From the IMG/VR virus record IMGVR_UViG_2537561689_000015: 24,759 nucleotides of DNA. The stretch is one strand, 5' to 3'. Under the pieces are notes generated by a model. The model did no database searches. It worked only from the letters and a program-made list of their open reading frames with translations, and had not been told where the DNA came from. Source of the stretch: a virus. Lineage: Duplodnaviria > Heunggongvirae > Uroviricota > Caudoviricetes. Position numbers and translations under genes: made by a program. Below, piece by piece: positions 15,681 through 24,254 of the stretch; the stretch's first letter is position 1, and each line of letters starts with the position of its first letter.

Positions 15681-15878
15681 ATGCTAAAACAGCAGGATAT
15701 GACCGAAACCGCCAGAGTGGTGTTTAATGAATTAAGCGTCACCGAACCGGCGACCGTCGGGGAAATTGCGCAGAATACTTACCTTTCACGCGAACGCTGC
15801 CAGTTAATACTGACTCAGCTTGTTATGGCGGGTCTGGCAGATTATCAGTTCGGTTGTTACAGACGCCTTCCGCAGTGA
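15681..15878 (+). CDS. Hypothetical small winged-helix-like protein (65 aa)
   Basis: Start taken at the internal ATG at 15681, preceded by AAAAGGGAAAAAGG (track starts at 15558, inside the terminator). HTH-like segment VGEIAQNTYLSRERCQLIL. Confidence 0.45.
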   Translation: MLKQQDMTETARVVFNELSVTEPATVGEIAQNTYLSRERCQLILTQLVMAGLADYQFGCYRRLPQ

Positions 15879-16028
15879 AGGCTTTTTAATTTGTGGTAAT
15901 GGGCGGCTGGTGGGTGTTAGCGGCACCTGCCAGCCATCTGCTCATGCGTTGGGGTCACAAGCAAACCTCAGGCCCATCTGCTTTGCGCAAAAGCGGTATG
16001 AGCCTATCAGAGAAGTGCTTATTGATCT

Positions 16029-17078
16029 ATGATTAATACTGTAAAAATATCCAGTTGTGAGTTAATCAACGCTGATTGCCTGGAGTTTATCCAGACCTTA
16101 CCGGAAAACTCTGTCGATCTGATAGTCACAGACCCGCCATACTTTAAAGTGAAGCCCGAGGGCTGGGATAACCAGTGGGAGGGCGACGATGATTACCTGA
16201 AATGGCTGGACCAGTGTCTGGCGCAGTTCTGGCGGGTACTGAAGCCTGCCGGAAGTCTTTACCTGTTCTGTGGTCATCGCCTGGCATCTGACACCGAAAT
16301 CATGATGCGTGAGCGCTTTAATGTGCTGAACCACATTATCTGGGCGAAGCCGTCCGGACGCTGGAACGGGTGCAATAAGGAAAGTCTGCGGGCGTATTTT
16401 CCGGCAACAGAGCGCATTCTGTTTGCAGAACATTATCAGGGACCGTATCGCCCGAAAGATGATGGCTATGTGGCACAGGGGCGCGAGCTAAAACAGCACG
16501 TCATGGCCCCGCTGATTTCTTACTTTCGTGATGCGCGTAAATCACTGGGAATAACGTCAAAACAGATAGCGGAAGCCACCGGAAAGAAAAACATGGCTTC
16601 GCACTGGTTTGGTACCAGTCAGTGGCAGTTACCGAACGAGGGTGATTACAACAAATTGCAGGCGTTGTTTGCGCGTGTTGCGGCAGAAAAACATCAGCGC
16701 GGGGAACTGGAAAAGCCACACCACCAGCTGGTCAGCACATACAGTGAGCTGAACCGGCAGTATACGGAACTGCTGAGTGAATATAAAAATTTGCGGCGGT
16801 ATTTCGGTGTGACGGCGCAGGTTCCGTACACCGATGTCTGGACGCATAAACCGGTGCAGTACTATCCAGGGAAACATCCGTGCGAAAAACCGGCAGAAAT
16901 GCTGCAGCAGATAATCAACGCGAGCAGTCGTCCGGGAGACCTGGTTGCAGATTTTTTTATGGGTTCAGGTTCAACGGTAAAAGCGGCGATGGCACTGGGG
17001 CGTTGTGCGATTGGTGTTGAGCTGGAGACCGGACGTTTTGAACAGACAGTCAGGGAAGTTCAGGATTTAATCGTTTGA
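16029..17078 (+). CDS. DNA methyltransferase (N6-adenine or N4-cytosine, beta-class motif order)
   Basis: Catalytic motif IV DPPY near the N-terminus and AdoMet-binding motif I FFMGSGST near the C-terminus. 349 aa. No adjacent restriction endonuclease, so it is probably an orphan phage methyltransferase. Confidence 0.9.
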   Translation: MINTVKISSCELINADCLEFIQTLPENSVDLIVTDPPYFKVKPEGWDNQWEGDDDYLKWLDQCLAQFWRVLKPAGSLYLFCGHRLASDTEIMMRERFNVLNHIIWAKPSGRWNGCNKESLRAYFPATERILFAEHYQGPYRPKDDGYVAQGRELKQHVMAPLISYFRDARKSLGITSKQIAEATGKKNMASHWFGTSQWQLPNEGDYNKLQALFARVAAEKHQRGELEKPHHQLVSTYSELNRQYTELLSEYKNLRRYFGVTAQVPYTDVWTHKPVQYYPGKHPCEKPAEMLQQIINASSRPGDLVADFFMGSGSTVKAAMALGRCAIGVELETGRFEQTVREVQDLIV

Positions 17079-17127
17079 AACGGATGAGATTGCAGAATTA
17101 ATTACGCACCATTATTATTCTGCTCCC

Positions 17128-17203
17128 GGCCCTTTAGCTCAGTGGTGAGAGCGAGCGACTCATAATCGCCAGGTCGCTGGTTCAAATCCAGCAAGGGCCA
17201 CCA
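17128..17203 (+). tRNA. tRNA with CAU anticodon (Ile2/lysidine-type or Met)
   Basis: Hand-folded cloverleaf: acceptor GGCCCTT/AAGGGCC, D-stem GCTC/GAGC, anticodon loop CTCATAA, T-loop TTCAAAT, 3' CCA encoded. Resembles the ileX/ileZ-type tRNA of E. coli. Confidence 0.85.
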
Positions 17204-17210
17204 TCACATA

Positions 17211-17287
17211 CCGCCATTAGCTCATCAGGATAGAGCGCCAGCCTTCGAAGCTGGTTGCGCGGGGTTCGAGTCCTCGATGGCGGTCCA
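17211..17287 (+). tRNA. tRNA-Arg (anticodon UCG)
   Basis: Hand-folded cloverleaf: acceptor CCGCCAT/ATGGCGG, anticodon stem CCAGC/GCTGG with loop CTTCGAA, T-loop TTCGAGT, CCA encoded. Confidence 0.8.
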
Positions 17288-17300
17288 TTATCTGTACCCT

Positions 17301-17377
17301 GCGTTGTTAGCTCAGCCGGACAGAGCAATTGCCTTCTAAGCAATCGGTCACTGGTTCGAATCCAGTACAACGCGCCA
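17301..17377 (+). tRNA. tRNA-Arg (anticodon UCU)
   Basis: Hand-folded cloverleaf: acceptor GCGTTGT/ACAACGC, anticodon stem ATTGC/GCAAT with loop CTTCTAA, T-loop TTCGAAT, CCA encoded. Confidence 0.8.
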
Positions 17378-17569
17378 CGCTTATTTTTCCAGGCTCGCTA
17401 CGGCGGGTCTTTTTCATATCCGCGTCACGTCAGGCGCACATCAAACAAACACAGAATCTTTCAGGGGGCGGGATAGTCAGTGTGACGTTCTCTGGGGGCC
17501 TGTCACTTCCGGGGATAGGTGTTTTTACGGGCTGCTGGTGGCCCTTTTTTATTTACAGGAGAAAGAAGT

Positions 17570-17962
17570 ATGTCTGAACCCTTATCCGGTTCCGGTACGG
17601 CTGCGGCGCTCGGCGGGGCGACGGTATTCGGGCTGTTTACCGGAATGGATTTCGGGATTGTGTTTGGCGCGTTCGCCGGGGCGTTATTTGTGGCAACGAT
17701 GCCACAGTCACTTTCAGTCTGGCGCGTGGTGGCACATTTTCTGGTGTCGTTTATTGTCGGCGTGCTGGGAGCGCGTGTGCTGTCAGCCTGGATTGCATCA
17801 AAAACAGGGTATGACGGTACATCAGCAGATGCGCTTTGCGCGGTGCTGGTCTCGGTGGTGTCGGTGAAGATTCTCTCGTTCATCCACCAGCAGGATATTG
17901 CATCGCTGGTGTCCGGTGTGTTCTCCCGCCTGCGGGGTGGAGGAGGCGGCAATGTTAAGTAA
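17570..17962 (+). CDS. Putative holin (multi-pass small membrane protein)
   Basis: Start taken at the ATG at 17570, preceded by AGGAGAAAG (track 17519). Several hydrophobic helices and a charged Gly-rich C-terminus. First gene of the lysis cassette, upstream of the endolysin. Confidence 0.65.
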   Translation: MSEPLSGSGTAAALGGATVFGLFTGMDFGIVFGAFAGALFVATMPQSLSVWRVVAHFLVSFIVGVLGARVLSAWIASKTGYDGTSADALCAVLVSVVSVKILSFIHQQDIASLVSGVFSRLRGGGGGNVK

Positions 17963-18227
17963 CCTTCCCGGATTGCTGAATGTGGCGTTATGCACGGTTA
18001 TCGTGCTGACGCTCTTTTTTTATCGTCGCCGTGATTCCAGACATAAACCGCTGGTGTCATGGCTGGCCTGGCTGCTGATGCTGCTGTATGCCTTTGCGCC
18101 CCTCAGCTATCTGTGTGGTCGCCCGTTAGCAACGGGCTGGCTGGAAGTGTTTTTTAATCTGCTGTTCTGCGTGCTGGTGATACGCGCACGCGGGAACGTC
18201 ACAAAAATCTTTCCATTGTTGAGGTGA
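17952..18227 (+). CDS. Second holin-like small membrane protein
   Basis: Start taken at the ATG at 17952, preceded by GGAGGAGG and overlapping the end of the first holin. Three hydrophobic segments. Lies between the holin and the endolysin. Confidence 0.55.
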   Translation: MLSNLPGLLNVALCTVIVLTLFFYRRRDSRHKPLVSWLAWLLMLLYAFAPLSYLCGRPLATGWLEVFFNLLFCVLVIRARGNVTKIFPLLR

Positions 18228-18229
18228 AT

Positions 18230-18607
18230 ATGCCGGGTAAATTCAGATTCAGCCGTCGCAGTGAAAAAAATCTGGAGGGTGTCAAACCTCAGCTGGTTGC
18301 TGTAGTTCGCCGTGCGCTGGAGCTGACGGAGGTTGATTTCGGTATTACGGAAGGCCTGCGCAGTAAGTATCGCCAGAAACAGCTGGTTGCGGAAGGGAAA
18401 AGCCAGACCATGAACAGCCGCCACCTGACCGGTGATGCGGTGGATGTTGTGGCCTACATCGGCAGCCAGGTGTCATGGGAGTGGCCTCTGTACGAGAAAA
18501 TCGCACAGGCATTTAAGCAGGCTGCCGCAGAGCTGGGGATCGCTATCGAATGGGGCGGGGACTGGAAAACGCTGAAAGACGGACCTCACTTTCAGCTGAA
18601 GCGATAA
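18230..18607 (+). CDS. Endolysin, peptidase M15-like (L-alanyl-D-glutamate peptidase type)
   Basis: Start taken at the ATG at 18230, preceded by GAGGTGA. Motif SRHLTGDAVDV and the overall size match zinc-peptidase M15 endolysins. Follows the holin genes. Confidence 0.8.
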   Translation: MPGKFRFSRRSEKNLEGVKPQLVAVVRRALELTEVDFGITEGLRSKYRQKQLVAEGKSQTMNSRHLTGDAVDVVAYIGSQVSWEWPLYEKIAQAFKQAAAELGIAIEWGGDWKTLKDGPHFQLKR

Positions 18608-18614
18608 GTAAAAC

Positions 18615-18655
18615 AAAACCCCGGCTGGGGGAACAGTCCGGGGTTTTTAGTTTTC
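18615..18655 (+). terminator. Rho-independent terminator after the endolysin
   Basis: AAAACCCCGG ... CCGGGGTTTTT stem with a following T-rich stretch. Confidence 0.55.
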
Positions 18656-18739
18656 ACGTCAAAGGGGAAATTGTGATTAGTGAGTACGGAGAAAATCCTC
18701 GTGGGAAAGTATAAAAGATTCTTTTTGAGGTTGTCCATT

Positions 18740-18853
18740 ATGAAAGGTATTGAAATGGAAACTCCCGCGAGCCTTGATTTGACAAGGGCTGCGGCCTTTG
18801 CAATTCGCCTTGTGGCGGTCGCTGTTCTGATTTGGGCTGTGCGTTGGTGGTGA
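18740..18853 (+). CDS. Possible small transmembrane peptide (37 aa)
   Basis: Hand translation MKGIEMETPASLDLTRAAAFAIRLVAVAVLIWAVRWW. Its stop overlaps the start of the following lipoprotein gene. Not in the ORF track. Confidence 0.3.
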   Translation: MKGIEMETPASLDLTRAAAFAIRLVAVAVLIWAVRWW

Positions 18854-18854
18854 T

Positions 18855-19037
18855 ATGGCGCGAAAACACTGGACACACAGAATGCCGCGAACGGCGGTGA
18901 AACGGGCACTGGTAGCGATACTGGTGCCTTTTTTATTGGTGGGGTGCGTCAGCCTGGATAAGGCGCGCCAGCTTTTCGATACCGCGTCTCAGGTCTGTGA
19001 AATTGTCGACGGTGTTCGGCAGTGTCTGCAGAACTGA
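18855..19037 (+). CDS. Putative lipoprotein (60 aa), possible spanin-like or Bor-like lysis accessory protein
   Basis: N-terminal signal with a lipobox-like LVGC sequence (MARKHWTHRMPRTAVKRALVAILVPFLLVGC). Located after the endolysin. Confidence 0.5.
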   Translation: MARKHWTHRMPRTAVKRALVAILVPFLLVGCVSLDKARQLFDTASQVCEIVDGVRQCLQN

Positions 19038-19208
19038 TCGCCTGTAAGAGCAGAATATTTTGCTGAAAAATGAAGGATGCGCCAGCGTCCGGTAAGCATG
19101 AAATTCTGTGTTTGTGGCTACTCAATAAAATAAATTCTTTCTGTCGCCGCGAATACTCAAATGTTGATCAGTGCCCGGTGCGGCGACGGGCTTCGATATC
19201 AGGAGACG

Positions 19209-19604
19209 ATGATGGAAAAAACAGAAAACAAACCGATTGTAATTGGTGCTGATGCTGCTCCGTTTAAGTTTGAGTTGTCTCAACTGGTGGAGATGCGTAT
19301 CAGTGATGAATGGGGTGAGGTTAAAGCCCGCGCGCAGTATGCGGATGGCGAAAACCAGTACTTGATCCACTACAAAGCAGCTGATGGTCGCGCCACGACG
19401 GAGTGGTTTGGTGAGTCAATGCTGGAAGCAACAGAAGATGATCGTCATCCGGGTTGTCCGGTATTTGCCGGTATGAAATTACCGGAAGGTGCAGTTGAAC
19501 TGCAGCCGGGTGAGGTGTTCGTAATGACAGACATCATTGATGGTAAACCGCAGTATTCGCGTATTGAAATGAATAGTAAGAGTGCTCGCCTGATTCGTGA
19601 GTAA
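19209..19604 (+). CDS. Hypothetical protein (131 aa)
   Basis: ATG preceded by AGGAGA (track 19161). No recognisable motif. Followed immediately by a 14-bp-stem hairpin. Confidence 0.6.
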   Translation: MMEKTENKPIVIGADAAPFKFELSQLVEMRISDEWGEVKARAQYADGENQYLIHYKAADGRATTEWFGESMLEATEDDRHPGCPVFAGMKLPEGAVELQPGEVFVMTDIIDGKPQYSRIEMNSKSARLIRE

Positions 19605-20196
19605 CAGGCATTACAGCAGCCCTTCACTCTAAGGGGTTGCTGTAATGTGAGAAATAAAAAACCGGTCACAGGGAGCAGCTACACAGAAGCGGCCGGCGAA
19701 GACCGCCAATACCACCCATGCATTGATGCAACATACTAATGACAATAGCCGCTATTGATGTAAATGCAATGTTATGCATCGACGAAAATAAAAAACCGGC
19801 AGGGGAAATCCATTGAAGATTTGCCGGTGGCAAAAGAGGGCCATGTTTTTAACCTTAGTCGCAGAGTTACGGAGTGCAACTACGAATGCTGCCGGTATAT
19901 GGCTGAATGGCGTTTCAATGATGTACGTCATCTTATCTGTAAATGTTAATGACAAACGCTCTCATTTGTGCGGGTCCTTCCGGTGGGGTGGCCTGCCACG
20001 GGGCGGGAGCGTCGCGGAAAAAGGCTAGTTTTTGCATTTCCATGGCGGCGGCAGCATGTTTGGTAATTTATTGATAATTAAAAGTTATTTCTCTTTTCAC
20101 CTGTACAATATTTTTTTCTCCCTGTCATTAGACCAGTTTGCAATTAATTGAAATATATAAATAAACCTGATTTTCACCTGCCAGATGGAGTTGCTT

Positions 20197-20724
20197 ATGT
20201 CAAATGTGAGCGGGATCGGTGATGCTTATTACTGGAGTGTTTTTAAAATCGCCGAGGCCTTTGGGCTTCACCGGGACACAGTAAAAAAACGGCTCCTCGC
20301 GGCCAACACTCCTGTGGCTGCGACTGTCAGGGGGAACCCCGTTTACGCCCTGCAGCATGTCGGGCCTGCCCTGTTTAGTGTGAAGCATGAGGCAGCAGAC
20401 TCTGTTCATGATCCATCCCGTATGGAGCCGAAAGAGAGAAAGGACTGGTACCAGTCTGAAAATGAAAGGATCAAGCTGGAAAAGGAGCAGCGAAAACTCA
20501 TCCCCGTTGATGAAGTAGTCATCGTCTATTCGTCCATGAGAAAGGCTGTCGTCCAGGTTCTGGAGACAATTCCGGATGTTCTTGAACGCGATTGCGCCCT
20601 GACTCCTCAGGCCGTCGGCGTTGTACAGCAGGCCATTGATGACCTGCGATACACTCTTCAGGAAAAATCCTACGAGGCTTGTGCTGCTGAAATAATTCCT
20701 GATGAGGAAGGAGAGAGTCTCTAG
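20197..20724 (+). CDS. Terminase small subunit (Nu1-like)
   Basis: Start taken at the ATG at 20197, preceded by GGAG (track 20185). N-terminal HTH-like segment and a central WYQSENERIKLEKEQ region resembling lambda Nu1 architecture. Directly upstream of the large terminase subunit. Confidence 0.75.
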   Translation: MSNVSGIGDAYYWSVFKIAEAFGLHRDTVKKRLLAANTPVAATVRGNPVYALQHVGPALFSVKHEAADSVHDPSRMEPKERKDWYQSENERIKLEKEQRKLIPVDEVVIVYSSMRKAVVQVLETIPDVLERDCALTPQAVGVVQQAIDDLRYTLQEKSYEACAAEIIPDEEGESL

Positions 20725-20732
20725 GAGGAATA

Positions 20733-21560
20733 ATGGGTTTTTCATCAGCCCGAAATTTGGGAAGGGACATATCGGCAGGATTTTCCCCACCACGTCGCAT
20801 GCCGATTTCGGAGGCTGTTAAAAAATTCATGCGTGTTCCCAAGGGGGCTGGTAACTCGGTGCCATGGGATCCTGAACTGACACCCTACATCATTGAGCCC
20901 ATGAACTGCCTGGCATCGCGTGAATACGATGCGGTGATTTTTGTTGGTCCTGCGCGAACAGGGAAGACCATTGGTCTGATCGATGGATGGATTGTCTATA
21001 CCATCGTTTGCGATCCTTCGGACATGCTCGTTGTGCAGATGACCGAAGATAAGGCCCGCGAGCATTCTAAAAAGCGCCTCGACAGAACGTTCAGAAGCAG
21101 TGCGGCGGTAAAGAAAAGAATGAGTCCACGTCGTAACGACAATAATGTCCATGATAAGACGTTCAGGGATGGCTCGTTCCTTAAAATTGGTTGGCCCTCG
21201 GTCAACATTATGTCGTCGTCGGATTACCGGTTTGTCGCCTTAACCGATTACGACCGTTTTCCGGAGAATATCGACAGCGAGGGTGATGGTTTCTCCCTGG
21301 CCTCAAAACGTACCACCACATTTATGTCCGCCGGGATGACTCTGGTGGAGAGCTCGCCGGGACGTGACATCTGCGACAGCAAATGGCGACGTAAGTCGCC
21401 TCATGAAGCGCCACCGACGACTGGTATTCTTTCCCTTTACAATCGTGGTGACCGCCGCCGCTGGTACTGGCCATGTCCGCACTGCGGTGAATATTTTCAG
21501 CCAGCCATGGATGCCATGACCGGCTACCGTAATGAACCGGATCCCTTTAAAGCCAGGTAA
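20733..21560 (+). pseudogene. Terminase large subunit, N-terminal fragment truncated by IS insertion
   Basis: ATG preceded by AGGAGG. P-loop-like FVGPARTGKT and a CPHCGE zinc motif. The frame ends at a TAA created by the first bases of the IS element (GTAAGCG). Confidence 0.8.
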
Positions 21561-21586
21561 GCGACTCGTCAGAACCGTATTGATAT

Positions 21587-23158
21587 TTACTGAGAGCTCA
21601 GATCAACTTTCCAGGGCAACAGATCGCGTACCCGGTTTGCCGGCCAGTCCTGGATATGTTCAATGACGTAACGCAGCCACTTTTCTGGCTCCACATTGTT
21701 CAGACGGCATGTGCCGATCAGCGAGTACAACACCGCCGCATGTTCACCACCGCTGTCGGAACCCGCGAACATCCAGTTTTTCCGGCCTACGGCCACTCCC
21801 CGTAAGGCGTTCTCTGCGATGTTGTTGTCGATTTCCACCCAGCCATTACTGCAGTACACGTTCAGTGCATCCCACTGTTTCAGCAGGTATGCGAACGCTT
21901 TTGCCGTATCTGAGTGACGCGACAGTGTTTTCATCTGTTGCTGTATCCAGTCATACAGTGACTGCATCAGTGGCGCGGCTCTGGCTTTTCTTGCCGCCAG
22001 ACGCTGTTCTGCTGAACAGCACCGGACCTCTGCCTCGATGGCATACAGTTCACCGATACGCTGCAGGGCTTCCGTGGTGATGTAGGTGGGCGCTCTTGCA
22101 TGCACATCGTGGATTTTTCTCCGGGCATGAGCCATACACGCGGCTTCCGTTATTCTGCCGGATTCGTATAACGCCCGGTAACCACCGTAAGCATCGGCCT
22201 GAAGCACACCGCTGTAACCGGCCAGGTGATTTTGTGGATGGATACCTTTCCGGTCCGGACTGTACGCGAACCAGACCGCCGGGGGCATCTGTGAACCGGC
22301 GTTACGGTCATCACGGACGTAGACCCACAGCCGGGCTGTCCGGGTTTTACCGCTGCCCGGCTCCTGGACCGGGACGGGGATATCATCAGCATGGACTTTA
22401 CCGGGCATCAGCACATACTGGCGCAGGACGTCATACAGCGGCTCCAGTAGTTCAGCAACGGCACCTGTCCAGCGCCCCAGTGTGGCACGGCTCAGCTCCA
22501 CACCCTGACGGCGGTATATCTCTGACTGGCGGTATAACGGCAGATGGTCTGCATATTTCCCGGTGACGACATGGGCCAGGAGCCCCGCTCCGGCATAACT
22601 GCGTGCAATGGGTTTTGAAGGTACTGGTGCCTGCACGATATGGTCGCACCGACAACAGGCCAGTTTCGGACGTTGTGTTTCGATAACCTTAAAGGCGCTG
22701 CTGATAAGCTCCAGTTGCTCTGACACATCACATCCCAGAGAACTGAGTTCACCACCACAGGCAGGACAGCATTCCTCTTCCGGCCGGATAACCCGGGTTT
22801 CACGGGAAAGTGAGGCCGGTAACGGTTTACGGGCTGAAGACTGGCGCAGGGCGGATGGCAGTACCGGGTCATATTGCTCACCCAGCGTTTCCGCCATTTC
22901 TTCCTGAAGTGCGCTGATTCGCTCCTGTGCTTCCTGTATCTGCCGTTCGGTTTTTGCACGAAGTTTTTCTGAGCTTTTACCGAACTGCATACGTTGCAGT
23001 TTCGCAACCAGCGCCTTCAGCCGGTTGATTTCGGAAGCATAAGCCGCCACCCGCTGTGAGAGCAGGCGGTTGTATTCAGCCATCTGGCGTATGGTGTCCT
23101 GTTGCGTCTGCAACAGTGCCCGCAGGCGGGCGTTCTCATGAGCAAGTGAGGTGTCCAT
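21587..23158 (-). CDS. tnpC: IS66-family transposase (TnpC/Orf3)
   Basis: 523 aa with an N-terminal coiled-coil or leucine-zipper region and a Cys-rich zinc motif (CPACGG...CCRC), the typical size and layout for IS66 transposases. Confidence 0.9.
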   Translation of the reverse strand: MDTSLAHENARLRALLQTQQDTIRQMAEYNRLLSQRVAAYASEINRLKALVAKLQRMQFGKSSEKLRAKTERQIQEAQERISALQEEMAETLGEQYDPVLPSALRQSSARKPLPASLSRETRVIRPEEECCPACGGELSSLGCDVSEQLELISSAFKVIETQRPKLACCRCDHIVQAPVPSKPIARSYAGAGLLAHVVTGKYADHLPLYRQSEIYRRQGVELSRATLGRWTGAVAELLEPLYDVLRQYVLMPGKVHADDIPVPVQEPGSGKTRTARLWVYVRDDRNAGSQMPPAVWFAYSPDRKGIHPQNHLAGYSGVLQADAYGGYRALYESGRITEAACMAHARRKIHDVHARAPTYITTEALQRIGELYAIEAEVRCCSAEQRLAARKARAAPLMQSLYDWIQQQMKTLSRHSDTAKAFAYLLKQWDALNVYCSNGWVEIDNNIAENALRGVAVGRKNWMFAGSDSGGEHAAVLYSLIGTCRLNNVEPEKWLRYVIEHIQDWPANRVRDLLPWKVDLSSQ

Positions 23159-23177
23159 ATCCTCACTTTACAACGGG

Positions 23178-23525
23178 TTATATGCGGATTCCAGCGCGTT
23201 CCGTTCGTTTCGGGTGCTTCCAGTTGATACCTTCAAGAAGCATGGATAACTGAGCCGGAGTAAGGTGCACCTTGCCGTCACGGGTGACTGGCCAGACGAA
23301 GCGGCCCCGCTCCAGGCGTTTGGTGAAGAGGCACAGTCCGTCACTGTCAGCCCACAACACTTTTATCTGGTCACCCCGGCGTCCGCGGAAGATGAACAGG
23401 TGTCCGGAGAACGGGTCATCCTTCAGGACGTTCTGAACTTTTGATGCCAGGCCGTTAAAGCCATTTCGCATATCGGTGATACCTGCAACCAGCCAGATAC
23501 GCGAACCTGCAGGGAGAGATATCAT
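23178..23525 (-). CDS. tnpB: IS66-family accessory protein TnpB (Orf2)
   Basis: 115 aa, between the Orf1 and transposase genes. The sequence MISLPAGSRIWLVAGITDMRNGFNGL is characteristic of IS66 Orf2. Confidence 0.9.
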   Translation of the reverse strand: MISLPAGSRIWLVAGITDMRNGFNGLASKVQNVLKDDPFSGHLFIFRGRRGDQIKVLWADSDGLCLFTKRLERGRFVWPVTRDGKVHLTPAQLSMLLEGINWKHPKRTERAGIRI

Positions 23526-24202
23526 CAGTGGCTGCTCCCTTTTATTTCGCGGATAAGTGTCTGTAATAACGCCGGCGTCAGTTTACCTTTAAGCCTGAGA
23601 GTTCCGGCCGGCAGAACCAGCTCACAACACAGACTGTCGGACGGTGTATTTATCTGCTCTGGTTCCTGTGCGGGGGCCGGGATTTTATTATCCGGCTCCG
23701 GCGTTAACGTCACGGGAAGCAGTGCCGGCATATTTTTTCCGGAAGGCAGCAGGCCACCTTTCCGGTATTGATGGCGCCAGTTGAAGAGCAGGTTATCGTT
23801 GATTCCGTTTTCCCGGGCGATCTGCGCCACACAGGCTCCGGGCTGCAGTGACTGCTCCACTAAGGCGATTTTAAACTCATAAGGGAAGTTGGGCCGCCGG
23901 GGACGTTTTTTTACCACGGGGGCTTCGGATATAACGGTGCTTTCAGGACGTACGACTGGTACCGTGGAAAATTGTCCGTAAAGGCAGGCATCAAGTTCCT
24001 GCTCCGACATGCCTGCGGGCAAAGGCCACGAAAGGCCAGCTCTCCGAAAGCGCACGAACATACTACAAACAGTTGATTTTGGTACACCCAGGCGACGCCC
24101 GGCCACAACCCGGGGTAAATGTTCTTCAAAGTGAAGACGTAAAGCTTCAGTGATCCAGGTCCGGTGTTTCATACGATAGTGTCCATTAAAAATGATGGAC
24201 AT
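23525..24202 (-). CDS. tnpA: IS66-family accessory protein TnpA (Orf1); start uncertain
   Basis: Track ORF of 225 aa; the true start may be internal (for example the ATG at 24172). HTH-like region. Its stop overlaps the TnpB start. Confidence 0.75.
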   Translation of the reverse strand: MSIIFNGHYRMKHRTWITEALRLHFEEHLPRVVAGRRLGVPKSTVCSMFVRFRRAGLSWPLPAGMSEQELDACLYGQFSTVPVVRPESTVISEAPVVKKRPRRPNFPYEFKIALVEQSLQPGACVAQIARENGINDNLLFNWRHQYRKGGLLPSGKNMPALLPVTLTPEPDNKIPAPAQEPEQINTPSDSLCCELVLPAGTLRLKGKLTPALLQTLIREIKGSSH

Positions 24203-24254
24203 TATTTTTGTAGAGCCGGAGGAAACAGACCAGACGGTTTAAATGAGCCGGTTA

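Larger units (their letters stand above)
21557..24254 (-). mobile_element. IS66-family insertion sequence (about 2.7 kb, three transposition ORFs)
   Basis: Ends begin GTAAGCGACTC (left) and GTAACCGGCTC (right, reverse complement), forming imperfect inverted repeats. Flanked by a direct 8-bp duplication AAAGCCAG at 21549-21556 and 24255-24262. Carries the three-ORF IS66 arrangement on the minus strand. Confidence 0.85.

Noticed and set aside
15879-16028. Direct repeat CCATCTGCT (about 15933 and 15973) upstream of the methyltransferase gene
   Set aside because: Only two short copies with no clear promoter context. It might be a controller binding site but the evidence is too thin to call.
17378-17570. 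Possible Shiga-toxin or other virulence cargo between the tRNA genes and the holin
   Set aside because: Only about 190 bp lie between the last tRNA and the holin start and they hold no ORF. The toxin slot of Stx-type phages is empty here.
17503-17952. 149-aa minus-strand ORF
   Set aside because: Antisense to the holin gene, Pro/Ala/Thr-rich low-complexity translation, no start signal.
19752-19955. Overlapping 61-aa (plus) and 67-aa (minus) ORFs upstream of the terminase genes
   Set aside because: Neither has a convincing ribosome-binding site or ATG context, and they overlap each other in a region more likely to be the cos/packaging site. Left unannotated.
21696-23007. ORFs of 73-171 aa inside the IS66 transposase gene on both strands
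   Set aside because: Embedded in or antisense to a 523-aa transposase ORF, with Arg/Pro-rich composition from out-of-frame GC-rich sequence.
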